A stretch of 64,000 nucleotides of DNA. It comes from Heterodontus francisci (lineage: Eukaryota). Position 1 is the first letter of the stretch; each line of letters starts with the position of its first letter. A program made the translations under genes and the position numbers. Under the pieces are notes generated by a model, which had not been told where the DNA came from, did no database searches, and worked only from the letters and a program-made list of their open reading frames with translations. The stretch is taken from the NCBI RefSeq assembly GCF_036365525.1, contig NC_090390.1, positions 55,720,153 to 55,784,152 on the forward strand, written 5' to 3'. Shown here one piece after another: positions 34,311 through 46,200 of this stretch.

Positions 34311-36090
34311 TACTAAATAAAGATACTAAACTTAGTATTCAGCAAACTACCAAAGTTGATTAGTTACAAAAGATTAAGAAATCTGGAATAACTGTAGCTG
34401 TCACTGCAATACCACTGGAACTGGATAATTACATGTACAATGGATACATTTTTACAGGACTTCATGTGACTTATGTAATGGGCAGCAGAAGTTTAGATAT
34501 GTTTTAGCTGAGCTAGTGTTTACAGAGGGTAGTAGATGGGAGGCCTGCCAGAGAGAGTTGGTAGGTGCCGAAAACAATGACTTTGGTCTGTTTAACTGGA
34601 GGATGATCCTGGGATAGTGGATGGTTTTGGCAAAGGACAGTAAGGCCAAATGTGGTCCAGCCAGATTTGTTGAAGGGTGGTTAAACCAGTGTAACTGTCT
34701 GTTCACAAAGTGGTTTACCCCAATTCTTCTGGAACATGAGCAAAACAAAATGAAAATGTCTGTCTGAGGCTTGATAGTTGGTTTAAACGAAATAATTCCT
34801 TGCCCAGGATGCCTAATATTTACTAAATGGCATTACACTTCTCTGCTTTGCTGGCCTTAACTTCTGTGCTTTCCTTTCCAGGCCAGGTTGGGCCTCTGCA
34901 CTGCTCTACTCACTGTGAGCAATGCCATGGAAATGAAATAAAAGCAAAACCTTTGATCTCAACAGTTGTTATTTAATGAATGCTTGTCACTCCAATGAAG
35001 AAATTATTCCTGTCAAGCCATGTATTTGGTCTCAGCAAGATATTGCCAGAGTGTTTTATGCATGTTTCAGGAGAAAGGAGGATTTAACTCATTTCTGTGG
35101 GTCACCCAAATATATCCAAAGTGTCAGAGAATGTCTAAATCAGAATTGTTTCTTTCAAGTACAATTATGTCAAAAAGAGTCTAATATTAATCAAATATAC
35201 AAACAAACATAATCAGTTCTTGAACTATATCTTACTATCTAAATATAACATGAATAGGTCTTTTTAAAAATCTAAATGGAGCTTCAAGAACAGATGTTTT
35301 TACATACATGACACAGGTCTATATCTGTCAAAGTCAGGACCAAATTTAATACCAATTAAATAGTGGGTGTCAGGTCAATTAGGGTCCCCGTAAATCCTAT
35401 TTAGAAAATAGCCATAAAATTATAGTCTGTCAGCAGCTGTAGAATTCAGCACTATGAACAAAATGCAGAAGGCAAGAATTAAAGTAATTATAACCAAATC
35501 CCATATATTTTTCAAAATGTAATCACTTATTTATAGGATTAACTGTCAAGGTCTGTTCGTGTAGTTCCTGCTTAAAATCTTTAAATATGACAAGTCTAGC
35601 AGTTCCCACTTGTTTTGGGGAATACTATTAACTGCATATTCCTTGTGATAGTTAGATACTACTCCGTGATCACTGTGTAATTACTGTATTTTAAATCTGC
35701 AAAAGTAGATCATATTTATTATATTACAACCCTCCCAATTATACTTGTCTTACAAAACCCTGGAAACAGAAGACAGTCGTCCCAATATAGTGATAGCTAA
35801 CCCTTTGACAGGTACATGAAAATTAAAAATGTGATAAAATTATTTTCAGTGAATCCCAAAATAGCTCCTTAACCCTGAGAATGCTGGACAGATCTGCCCA
35901 TTCATTTACGCACGCTGGCTAATTGTTTCTTCAAAGTTTTCAGATCAATCAGTGTGATGATAATAGTAATAATAAAGCTACTCAAATGTCAGGAATATAT
36001 TTATGACTACAACTAACGGACTGCTACTAAAATAGAAAGTACTTTGGAAATAAAAACGCAACATTATATTGGTTCCCTCAACGCCTCAGT

Positions 36091-36851
36091 GGCTGGGATT
36101 TTATCTGGACGATGGGGGTGTTTTCCTCCAACAAAAGCGCCGCCATGAACTCTACGTCGTCCCTTCTCTGGGAGGCCCTTCGAATCAAGTGCCAACTTAG
36201 GCACTTAACTAAGCAGCGGCAGGCCTTCCATGGACTCAAGGACCCAGTGGCAGATGTCCCGGCCTTTGAGAGCTGCCGGCCAATCTGAGCAGCACCACGA
36301 CGGAGGTGGTGGCCGCTGCTGGTGGAACTCCCACCTGAGGCTCAGGAGCGGTGCTAGACCCAGGCCACAGGTAGGTCAGGACAGGAGGGGTCTTGCGGGG
36401 TGGGGGGTCGCAGGCGAGCAGAGTGTAGTGGAGTTGGCAGCAAGGGCAGGGAAATGGCTCTCAGCAGACCACCCACCCTTCCCGATGGTGGGTCCTTCAT
36501 TCAGGCACTAAGTGCCTTTTAACAAGGGACCCACCCCCTGCCCTCAAACCACCCCTGGAGCTGGCAAGCAACCCACATGTTTTTTGGTGCCTTGCTTCCT
36601 GTGTTGCGACAGGCCCGCCCGACTCTTTGCTAATTGTGGCGGTGGCAGGATGAGGCCCTTAATTGAGCATTAATTGCTCACTTAAGGGCCCCAATTGGCA
36701 GCGGGGTGGGAATGCCATGCACAGGCCTTCCCACCCCAGAATTAATTTCAGCGGAGGCGAGAAGGTGATGGGGACCCCAGCCACCATCCCACCTGATAAT
36801 ATGGTCTCCCCACCTCCAAACCCACCATGGGGTAGAGTATAAAATTCCCCC
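36091..36851. mobile_element. Harbinger-type MITE (non-autonomous)
   Basis: TIRs GGCTGGGATTTTAT and ATAAAATTCCCCC; 3-bp TSD AGT at 36088-36090 and 36852-36854; internal palindrome at ~36656-36690. Confidence 0.8.
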
Positions 36852-37199
36852 AGTGAGTTTCTCCAGTGAGTGGATAAGTCATACAGACTAGGTTCCTAAT
36901 CGGTGTTAAGCAAACTGATTTCAGCTTGGTTGTAGTAGAAGGACTATAGTTGACCTTAATGCCTCCGTGCCTCCTGGAACATTTTCCAAGGTTATCACCT
37001 TTGATTATTATCCAGTGACTCCTGCTGAAGTTCATATGTGTGAAGCTGGGATTGTAATCACTTGTGTTGGTCTCAATAGTTGTCAAGGCTCATCCTTGAA
37101 TGAAGGCTACAATTGGTGTGGTGATGAAGGACAATCAGCACCTGTACCTAACAATGAGAGGAGAATAGTGGAGAGAAAAAAATGAGCAAAAATATTCTG

Positions 37200-37800
37200 T
37201 TGGAGGCTGGGAGTTCTGTGGCAAGTAACCCACCTCCTGACTCCCTAAAGTCTGCCCACCATCTACAAGGTACAAGTCAGGACTGGGATGGAATATCCTC
37301 CACTTGCCTGGATGGGTGCAGCTCCAACAACACTCAAGAAGCTCGACACCATCGAAGACAAAGTAGCTCGCTTGATTGGCACTCCATTTACCACCTTCAA
37401 CATTCACTCCCTTCACCAGCGACACAGTGGCAGCAGTGTGTCCCATCTACAAGATGCACTGCAGCAATGCACCAAGGCTCCTTAGACAGCACCTTCCAAA
37501 CCCGCAACCTCTACTGCCTAGAAGAACAAAGGCAGCAAACGCATGGGAACACCACCACCTGCAAGTTCCCCTCCAAGTCACACACCATCCTGAATTGGAA
37601 CTATATCGCCGTTCCTTCACTGTCGCTGGGTCAAAATCCTGGAACTCCTTTCCTAACAGCACTGTGGGTGTTCCTACCTCACATGGACTGCAGAGGTTCA
37701 AGAAGGCGGTTCACCACCACCTTCTCAACGGCAATTAGGGATGGGCAATAAATGCTGGCCTGGCCAGCGACATCCACATCCCGTGAAAGAATAATTTTTA
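37200..37800 (+). mobile_element. 5'-truncated 3' fragment of the tRNA-headed CR1-group LINE family
   Basis: Colinear with 4640-5225 (MEYPPLAWMGAAPTTLKKLDTI; WEHHHLQVPLQVTHHPELELY). Confidence 0.92.
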
Positions 37801-38149
37801 AAAACATACTTCACTTACACTTGCCTTTGACTCAATTCTCTCCACTGATTATTTTCAATTTTTATTTTCTTCAATCTCACTGTTATTATTGCCTGGTCTC
37901 ATTATCAGTCTTGGAAGTGTGGGTAAAAAGTGATGCCCAGAAACAAGGACTGAAAATGTATAGGCATAAATGATGAGCTCAACCAATAAAGTGATTTCTT
38001 GTTACAAATATAGGCTTGTTATTGCCAGGCAAGTTACCATCGCAATGACAGTGGTTTTCTGATTGTGGCTGTGCTGCCCTTGCTTATTCTATGTCTGTAT
38101 TGCTGTGCTGATTTTTTTTAATGCAAAGAAAAGAATTAGCGTAAGGAGT

Positions 38150-38530
38150 GCCATTGTCTGATGGGATGCAAGTTTGCTTACCACTCCACTGAACCTGTGG
38201 TCTCAACAATAGTGAATGGAGAACTGCACCATTATTGTATGATAGGTTTCTCCAAAGGTTAAACATTATTGATGGCACCTACACCCATACAAGCTTCTAT
38301 CCCCAATTCCGCTATCCCATGAACAGAAAGGGGTTCCTATCCATTCATGTTCCACTGGTTGGTGATCATGGGTACACAATTTTGCACATGAATCTTTACT
38401 ACCCTGGTCATAATTATGATGTCTTTGTTTTACGGTAATCTACGGTTCACTATTACTTCAACATACAGAAAAAATTGCTTAATAACTTCTTAGTGGCCCA
38501 GGATGTAATTTTCAGTCCTGGCTCGTATAC
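38150..38530 (+). pseudogene. Harbinger (HARBI1-like) transposase remnant
   Basis: ORF 38235-38438: IIDGTY...NRKGFLSIHVPLVGDH..ILHMNLYYPGHNYDVFVLR. Confidence 0.75.
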
Positions 38531-39349
38531 AGCAGGAGTGCTTGAGTTCAATGGATGCAGACTCTAACCTCCATCATCATAAATTGTGTGTGGTTCTTTA
38601 GCCTTGGTTGTAGCCCACCTCGAAGAAAATATTTCAAAGATAACATCTATGAGGAAACAACTAGAAACTACCTCAGCTACTGTAGTAACCTGTGTGACCT
38701 GCAGAACACAATGGATGGATTGGCACCACTATCAGGATCATGGTGGATCATATTACAACAGTGTTAAAACGAAGGTTCAAATGATTGAATAGATCAGGAG
38801 TGGGGTGATATTGCAGTACAGTGCTAAGTGGAGTGAGTGTATTGGCTGGCAGATATGTACCAATGCAAGCCTATTAGGATGGAGGTGGTCTACCAGATTC
38901 TTGTTCTGGGAAATGAGATGGCTTGTTACTGCTGGTGCCAAGGGTAGCGTTAGAGTGATTGTACTCCTTTGTTCACCAGCCATATAGATTGGGTACATAA
39001 CTGATCTACTGGCCTAGCCCTGCTTTAGTTGCCACCTTAAAGGTCGGTTGTTTATTGGATATTTGAGTTTGAAAGTTGCTTTCTGTGCTGGTGCATTTTG
39101 TACTTTGCATTTTAAAAAATTTTTTAATTGCTCTTTGGCATTTTAGCAAAAATCTTTGTTTTGAATCCAAGACATTCCTAGTCTTTTTCTTTGCTGCATT
39201 TTTGTGCCTTTCCTACAAAGATGCCTTCGAGTGTCCCTTTAGGTGTTCCCATCGTGCCAAATGATTTAGCTGAGAAGGACAATTTCATGAGGGGTCATTA
39301 CAGTCAGGTACAATGACACATCACATAGTATATGCACCTATCAACATCC

Positions 39350-40110
39350 CGAACTCCGTACCTGGGCATGTCTAAGGAGACCTGTCTTCAACACCTCCAT
39401 CTCACTACAGAAGCCATGAGACGTTGGGTGCAGAAAACTTGAAGAACTGGGAAGGCTTTTTCCAGCAGTTGTGAAGATCATTATCTCTATGCTATAGAAT
39501 CTTTCCAGACCATCACAGGATACAGCTACAAAATCACAGTCTGCTGTCTATAGATGCATCTGATGGCGCCATAATTGCACTTCATAACTTTCCTTGGGGA
39601 AAGCAAGCAGAGAGGGCACAGAATGTTTTCCATGTCACAGCCTTTTAAGAGTATAGGTTTTTACAGACAGAACCTGTTTGGTCAGCCCACAGCCTATATA
39701 TGCTCCTGTAGTGGCAGTACTATTCCGAGAAAACTTTGAAGACTTATGTATTTCAGTTCAAGCTATTAGTCTGCCCCTCTGGAATTGTGCCTTTTGAATA
39801 ATGAGGAAAAGAGAAAGGTTGTCTTCATGGTTTTCATGCCATGTCCTTAAAAGTGCAGCTGATCACCATATACATTTGTATCTTGTCTACTGTGCCCCAG
39901 TAGTAATAATGCATGCAAAGGCGAAGGCACTTACTTTGATAGCTCTGCATCCTTATTTACAGCCCGAGTGACTACATTCATCCAACTTGCACCTTTCACA
40001 GAAGGGTGTCTTCTGCTCCAAAGAGGAACATATTCCCTTACTGCACCTCGTGCAACAGAGCTTCCAAGGTTTCCTTGTAAATGTGGAAGTTTGCCCCGCA
40101 TGTCTCCAGC
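39350..40110. pseudogene. Ancient Harbinger remnants: transposase N-terminal fragment (+, ~39350-39680) and Myb/SANT exon (-, ~39935-40100)
   Basis: Plus strand: SQSAVYRCI...KQAERAQ. Minus strand: KETLEALLHEVQ..FLFG...W..V.RAVN, ending at a GTAAGT donor. Confidence 0.5.
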
Positions 40111-41644
40111 CAAACATTTGCAGTTAATTACTCCTCTCTAATCACAATGTGTTCTATGAATAAACAGTAGTTTAATAAACAAGCACACATCCATTAGCTT
40201 TAATGATGAGCAGCAGCCCTTTAGGAACTGCTGTCTGGCCAGTATTCCTGCCAGACCCTAGCCAAGGATACTACTGGCCTAGACCCTACACCATTGTTTT
40301 TTTTTTACTCTGCAGAGATCAGAATAAAATGAGGAGGAAGGCTAGCTTCTATAATTCAGTGAGGCCAGCCATCCACATGCCTATCACACACATGTCCACA
40401 CCACAGACAAGAACAGTCCCAGTTTTCCCTGTCTTCCAATATCAGCAATAATGCATTTAAATGAGCAGAACTTGCGAACTCAAACATGTTTAGCTTTCTT
40501 TGATGATTTTACACAATTTAAGTGATGTGATATAATCCCACCAGTACTGCGATAGAATTGCATAGCCAAATATTTTTCTACAAAAGAATTTCAGACAAAC
40601 ATTCCCTCACCTATATTTATGACCTTGACAATTTTGCTGAACTTTAAGGGTTTTTTTTTTAACTATCCTGTGTATTAAACTTGCTGGGAACAAAGTTGAC
40701 AGTGTCACAACTTCTTTTACCCATCATTTTTAATAGTTCACAGAAAGGAGGGTCTGAAATCCTTTCCTTATTTAAGAATTCAAACATAGAACCCAGAAAT
40801 ATGACTGTAGTGCTCGAAGTCACTGTAATGCCTATTTTTCACATTTTCAGGTTTTAAATCTCATTACTTTTATGAGCCTGCATTGTTAGTACTTTAAATA
40901 GTTAATGTGAAGTGCCTGGTTTCAGTAACCAAATTGCTTCCTGTCATCATTTTATTCTATATTCAGTATAATACAAGATTGGTAGATTTATCCTTTAGGG
41001 AATTATAATGGCTTAAGCCAGCCAAAAAGCTGATTTCTTCTCACCTGAAATTGAGGCAGTTATCCCTTAGTACAGTTCATACTGCTTAATTTATTAAATT
41101 CAGCAAGAGTTCTTTTTCTATTCTACACTGCTCTTACTTCTCTGTGATGTGGCCAATAGATGAGGGCTAGTAATCTTCTGGACATTTGCAAGGCAGCAAA
41201 CTTTCATTTTAATCTTTTCAGAGATCGTAATTGCCTTTTATTACACAAAATTGCCAATTCTGTAGTGCCATGTATTAATAAAATAATAACTGTTATGTAG
41301 AAAATCTCCTGAGAGAAACAATCCCATAAATATTACATAGTATTTAGATTTATTAACAAACTTTAATGATATTGAAGTAAAACGATAAAGAAACAGCAGT
41401 TGCAAATAATGTTTGAGATGAGTAAGTTGATAGATTCCAAAATACCATATAGATGATTAGATTTAGAAAATTCTCTGGGATCCAAGATCAAATAAGATTC
41501 TGCAGGAGATTTTCAAATTCCTCCAAGCTGTTCTGAAGTGTTGATAAGCCTGGGTAATCAAAAGATACCTGCTGACATCAACGGTGGATGATATTTATGA
41601 CCTTTACAGATGGGGATGGTTACATCCCATCTAAGCTTTCAACA

Positions 41645-41776
41645 GAAACATAGGAAGGAACAGAGGAATAGGAGTAGGCCATTAAGCCCCTCAAGCCTAT
41701 TCTGCCATTCACTTAGATCATGGCTGATCTATATCTGAACTCCCAACAACACGCCTTAGTTTGAAACCCTTATTAC
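41645..41776 (-). mobile_element. CR1 3'-end fragment
   Basis: GGAATAGGAGTAGGCCATT...AGATCATGGCTGATCT motif, shared with 9332, 53514 and 57550. Confidence 0.75.
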
Positions 41777-43830
41777 TGTTATGAGAGTACTTTTTTTTGT
41801 AAAATATGTTTTAAGGACTTATAGTTGAATTATGGACATTGATTCATCTGGAATTAATGAAGAGATGCTGAACTTTGTGTTTTTTTTAAAAAGAAGTCAC
41901 CAGAGGTTCCTGGATTTGGCTTATAAACAAGTCTTACTGGAAGACATCTGTCTGTGGATAATCACCAGCAGTGGTTGTTTTTGATTTGGGGAAAGATTTA
42001 CAAAGAAGTGACAGGTCAAGATTTTTAGAAGTGACAGGTCAAGACTTACTTCTGGAAGGTTTTTAATTTCAGTTTGAACTGTTACAAAAGACAGTTGGTT
42101 TTTGCCTGCCAAAGAAGATTCGGCTCTCTTTCTCTCGCTTGAAAAGAAACCCTGCATACAGTGAGTCAATTTCCTATTTCCAACTATATTTGAAGAAACC
42201 CTGCATATTTGAAGTAAACCTGCATATTGAATGTGTGGGAACTGAAAACCCTTGTTGCTGCATTTCTGCTGTAAGGAAGGCCTATCTGAAGCCTCAGTAG
42301 CTGCATTTCTTTGAAAGCCTACCCAAACTGATCTTCAACATCGCCTGGAAAAAACTGTTCAAGGAAGATCCCAGTCACAGCCATCTATACGCATTTGGGA
42401 TGCCAAACCAAAACCAAGGACAAGTATTCTACCTAAGTGTTTTTGTTTTGTTTTCTTTGTAACAATACTGTAAACAAAAATCCTTTTTTATTTTTTCTGA
42501 TTAACTGGTGTATGTATGTATGTGTGCGTGTGAGGTGCAAAGTACGGAAAGTCCTCATCAGGGAACTCCTCTTTGCTGACGATGCTACTTTAACATCTCA
42601 CACTGAAGAGTGCCTGCAGAGTCTCATCGACAGGTTTGCGGCTGCCTGCAATGAATTTCGCCTAACCATCAGCCTCAAGAAAACGAACATCATGGGGCAG
42701 GACGTCAGAAATGCTCCATCCATCAATATTGGCGACCACGCTCTGGAAATGGTTCAAGAGTTCACCTACCTAGGCTCAACTATCACCAGTAACCTGTCTC
42801 TAGATGCAGAAATCAACAAGCGCATGGGTAAGGCTTCCACTGCTATGTCCAGACTGGCCAAGAGAGTGTGGGAAAATGGCGCACTGACACGGAACACAAA
42901 AGTCCGAGTGTATCAGGCAATGTGTCCTCAGTACCTTGCTCTATGGCAGCGAGGCCTGGACAACATATGTCAGCCAAGAGCGACGTCTCAATTCATTCCA
43001 TCTTCGCTGCCTCCGGAGAATACTTGGCATCAGGTGGCAGGACCGTATCTCCAACACAGAAGTCCTCGAGGCGGCCAACATCCACAGCTTGTACACACTA
43101 CTGAGTCAGCGGCGCTTGAGATGGCTTGGCCATGTGAGCCGCATGAAAGATGGCAGGATCCCCAAAGACACATTGTACAGCGAGCTCGCCACTGGTATCA
43201 GACCCACCGGCCGTCCATGTCTCCACTTTAAAGACGTCTGCAAACGCGACATGAAATCCTGTGACATTGATCACAAGTCGTGGGAGTCAGTTGCCAGCGT
43301 TCACCAGAGCTGGCGGGCAGCCATAAAGACAGGGCTAAAATGTGGCGAGTCGAAGAGACTTAGTAGTTGGCAGGAAAAAAGACAGAGGCGCAAGGGGAGA
43401 GCCAACTGCGCAACAGCCCCGACAAACAAATTTCTCTGCAGCACCTGTGGAAGAGCCTGTCATTCTAGAATTGGCCTTTATAGCCACTCCAGGCGCTGCT
43501 TCACAAACCACTGACCACCTCCAGGCACGTCTCCATTGTCTCTCGAGATAAGGAGGCCCAAAAGAAAGAAAGAGGTGCTAAAATAGATAAAGGGCTTTGA
43601 TATTTCGATTTGCATGTGTATGTTTTACTTTGTTATTGGTTGAGACTTGTATAATAAAACTGATCATTTTGTTGTTTATTAAAGAAACCTGGTTGGTGTA
43701 TTTTATTCTACGAAAAATAGAGTATATGATTGACTATATTGGTAAGTGGGAAAATTTAAATATATGTTGTGACCTGTGGAGAAGTGGGACTGGAATAAAC
43801 AGTGGCACTCCTCCCGCCTCAGTCGTAACA
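41777..43830 (+). mobile_element. Solo LTR (Gypsy-type) interrupted by an RTE LINE
   Basis: Ends TGTTATGA...TCGTAACA (inverted); AATAAA signals near the 3' end; LTR sequence rejoins across the RTE TSD. Confidence 0.75.
42539..43571 (+). mobile_element. 5'-truncated RTE-clade LINE
   Basis: LLFADD, FTYLGS, LYGSEAW, LRWLGHV and a C-terminal CSTC...HSRRC Zn finger; (GAAA)n tail; 7-bp TSD GAGGTGC at 42532-42538 and 43572-43578. Confidence 0.95.
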
Positions 43831-43844
43831 CCACCCTTGAGTGC

Positions 43845-45770
43845 TGTCTGATCATTTAAGAGTGATGTCCTTTTAAGAACTCAGTATGCTAATGAGCTAA
43901 GTCTCAGAATATAGTCATGTGACTAGAAGCCATAGTCACTCTGCGATGTAACACCCTGGACAGAGGTTCTGTATTGTGTGTATTAGTTTAGCTGTTAATA
44001 AACCTTCTGGAGATCGTCAAGGAACTGGAATCCACATACCTTATTGTGTTGCTTAAGATAACACAAAGCAACTCATGATATGGTGGCAGCAGTGGAGAAA
44101 AGACAAGATATAAGGTTGAAGATCATGGGTAAAACAGCAAACAAAATTTAAAAAACAGCACAGAAAACAGAAGAGAAAATTTGAAGCAACAAGAAGAAAC
44201 TTTAAAACAAGGACCAAAAAAAAGTGAAAGAAAGCTACATACCTTAGAAGGCTGAGAAAAGCTCCACAGAACGGAAGCGTGGCTGAAAAGCAAATGATTG
44301 GGTGAGTCATTGTGCCAACGATCGAGAAATCCCGGTAATAAAAAGCCTTTGAAGAGTTTTTAAAAATTCATTTTCTAAAAGCTGTGTGTGAGTGAGAAAA
44401 AAAGGGGGAAACCCTGAAAAATGCACGAACTGGAAAAAAAACAAAGTCCAATAGCGAAAAAAAGCGCGAAACCCCCAACACAGTAGAATCTCCAAGACAG
44501 TAGTCAAGCTGAAAAAAATCATTAAACCAGTCAAGCGTGAAGAAGATAAATAAACTCTAGCAAAAAAAGCAAAGGGGAAAACCCTTGAACTGCCTATCGA
44601 ACAGTTGTACAAACATACAAGAGATGCACTGAAAGAGAAAAAATCAGAGAACACTGTCAAGCACCTGTCACACTCCTTCAAAGCAGCTAGCCTGAAAAAA
44701 AGAATTTCTTAAAGGAGGAACAGTGCACAGTTAATAGAACAAGTTTTAAAACAAATTTTAATCCATAAATACAAAAGTCATAATAAGTACGGTGCTGAAG
44801 GCACACGCAGAGCTGAACAAAGTTAAATATAGAGCAGAAAGCAAAAGACAGCAGAAAGATAGATATCAAATTTCCCAGCATGAACTGGAAGGCCATTGAT
44901 ATCCTTTCTGAGTTCAAACTTTTTAAATGAAGAATGCAGTTATGCTTCATAGACCAAGCAATTGAAGAACCAGAGAAGCAGTCTGCAAAAATACTATTAG
45001 CAGTTGGAAAGGAGGGGTTATACAGAATCAATACTTCTGGCTTATCTGAAGGGGACCAGAAAGATCCCACAAGGATATGGAAAGTGATAGAAGATGAGCT
45101 ACGGGTAAGAGTGAATTTTAGAATTCATCACCTGGAGTTGATGTCCTAAAGGCAACAGCCACAGGAATCAACAGATCAGTTTATGAGTAGATGATGCAGT
45201 AAGGGCAACAAATGCGATTTTTCAGAAACGGAGCTGTCGGAGTGAATACTGGAGCTGGTGATTGTCTCAACAACTATTTAAACATTTCAAAAAGACCTCT
45301 TGGGGAAAAGAAAGGTCACAGCATAGATGTGCTGCTGGAAGATGGCAGGAAATACAAAGTCATTGTAGTTGGACAACAGTATCTGCAAGCTCTAGGTGCA
45401 GCTGACAATATCAGCATGGTAACTGGGTCACAAAAAGCAAGCAAGATGTGTGGTAAGTGTGGAATGTCCCACTCACCGCGAAGTTGTCTTGCATTTCAAG
45501 ATCTGAGCAAGGCGTGCAGTGCAAAAGGACACTGGGTCCACCTATGCAAGAAACCTGGCTTCAAAAACGCAGCCAGAAGTCACAATAGGACACAAACAAA
45601 CAGAAGAGAGGCTCAGCAGCATGTCAACAGCAGGAGGAGCGCCACAGACCTACATAAACGCAAGTCAATACGCAAAGTGTGCAGCGAGATAGACCTGAGA
45701 CAAGACTCAGAGTGGAGCGATTCTCAACCAGAAGACAAGCAGGTGTTTCGCTTTGTGAACCCGACACACT
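43845..45770 (+). mobile_element. Gypsy LTR retrotransposon, 5' part (LTR 43845-44080, PBS, A-rich leader, degraded gag), truncated by a Harbinger end
   Basis: PBS TGGTGGCAGCAGTGG at 44081 (tRNA-Leu-like). gag remnants 44860-45770 (ILLAVGKEGL; Zn knuckles CGKCGMSHSPRSC and C..KGHWVHLC). Confidence 0.88.
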
Positions 45771-45934
45771 GGGCTGAATTTTAATAGCTGGCCACCATTC
45801 TCAGCGGTGAGCTTCAAAAAGTGCGTGGCGCACCCATGAGACATGTACGGTGGCTCATTAACATGGAGAGGGAGGACCGCCTGCCCCTGATGACATAGAG
45901 GAGGCGGTTGCTTCATCCCTGGAAATGGCGTCCT

Positions 45935-46200
45935 AGCCCTTTAAGTAGCACTTGTGGGGTGGTCCCTTGTGCAGCTGAACACATGTAACTGATGACATCA
46001 TCACACACATATAAGGAGGAGATACCAGTTTGAGAGACACACTGAATGCATGGCTTGCACAGAGCACACACGCTAGTGAGGAAAAGACCAGGACCTGAGA
46101 TCATGCAATGTAGATAAGTAGGACATTAAATAGCGCTTGTGTTGAATCTAAATATAAGCTTGCGGTTATCATTTAATAAAGAACACAGCACAACACTACA
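45935..46200 (+). mobile_element. LTR-like fragment
   Basis: TATAAG at ~46010, AATAAA at 46175, ends ...AACACTACA. Confidence 0.4.

Noticed and set aside
35660-35700. Minus-strand acceptor followed by DLKYSNYTVITE-stop (possible terminal exon)
   Set aside because: Too short, unrecognised, and no linked upstream exon.
41465-41550. Minus-strand RILFDLGSQR resembling a BEL/Pao aspartic protease motif
   Set aside because: Isolated, followed closely by a stop, with no flanking retroelement homology.
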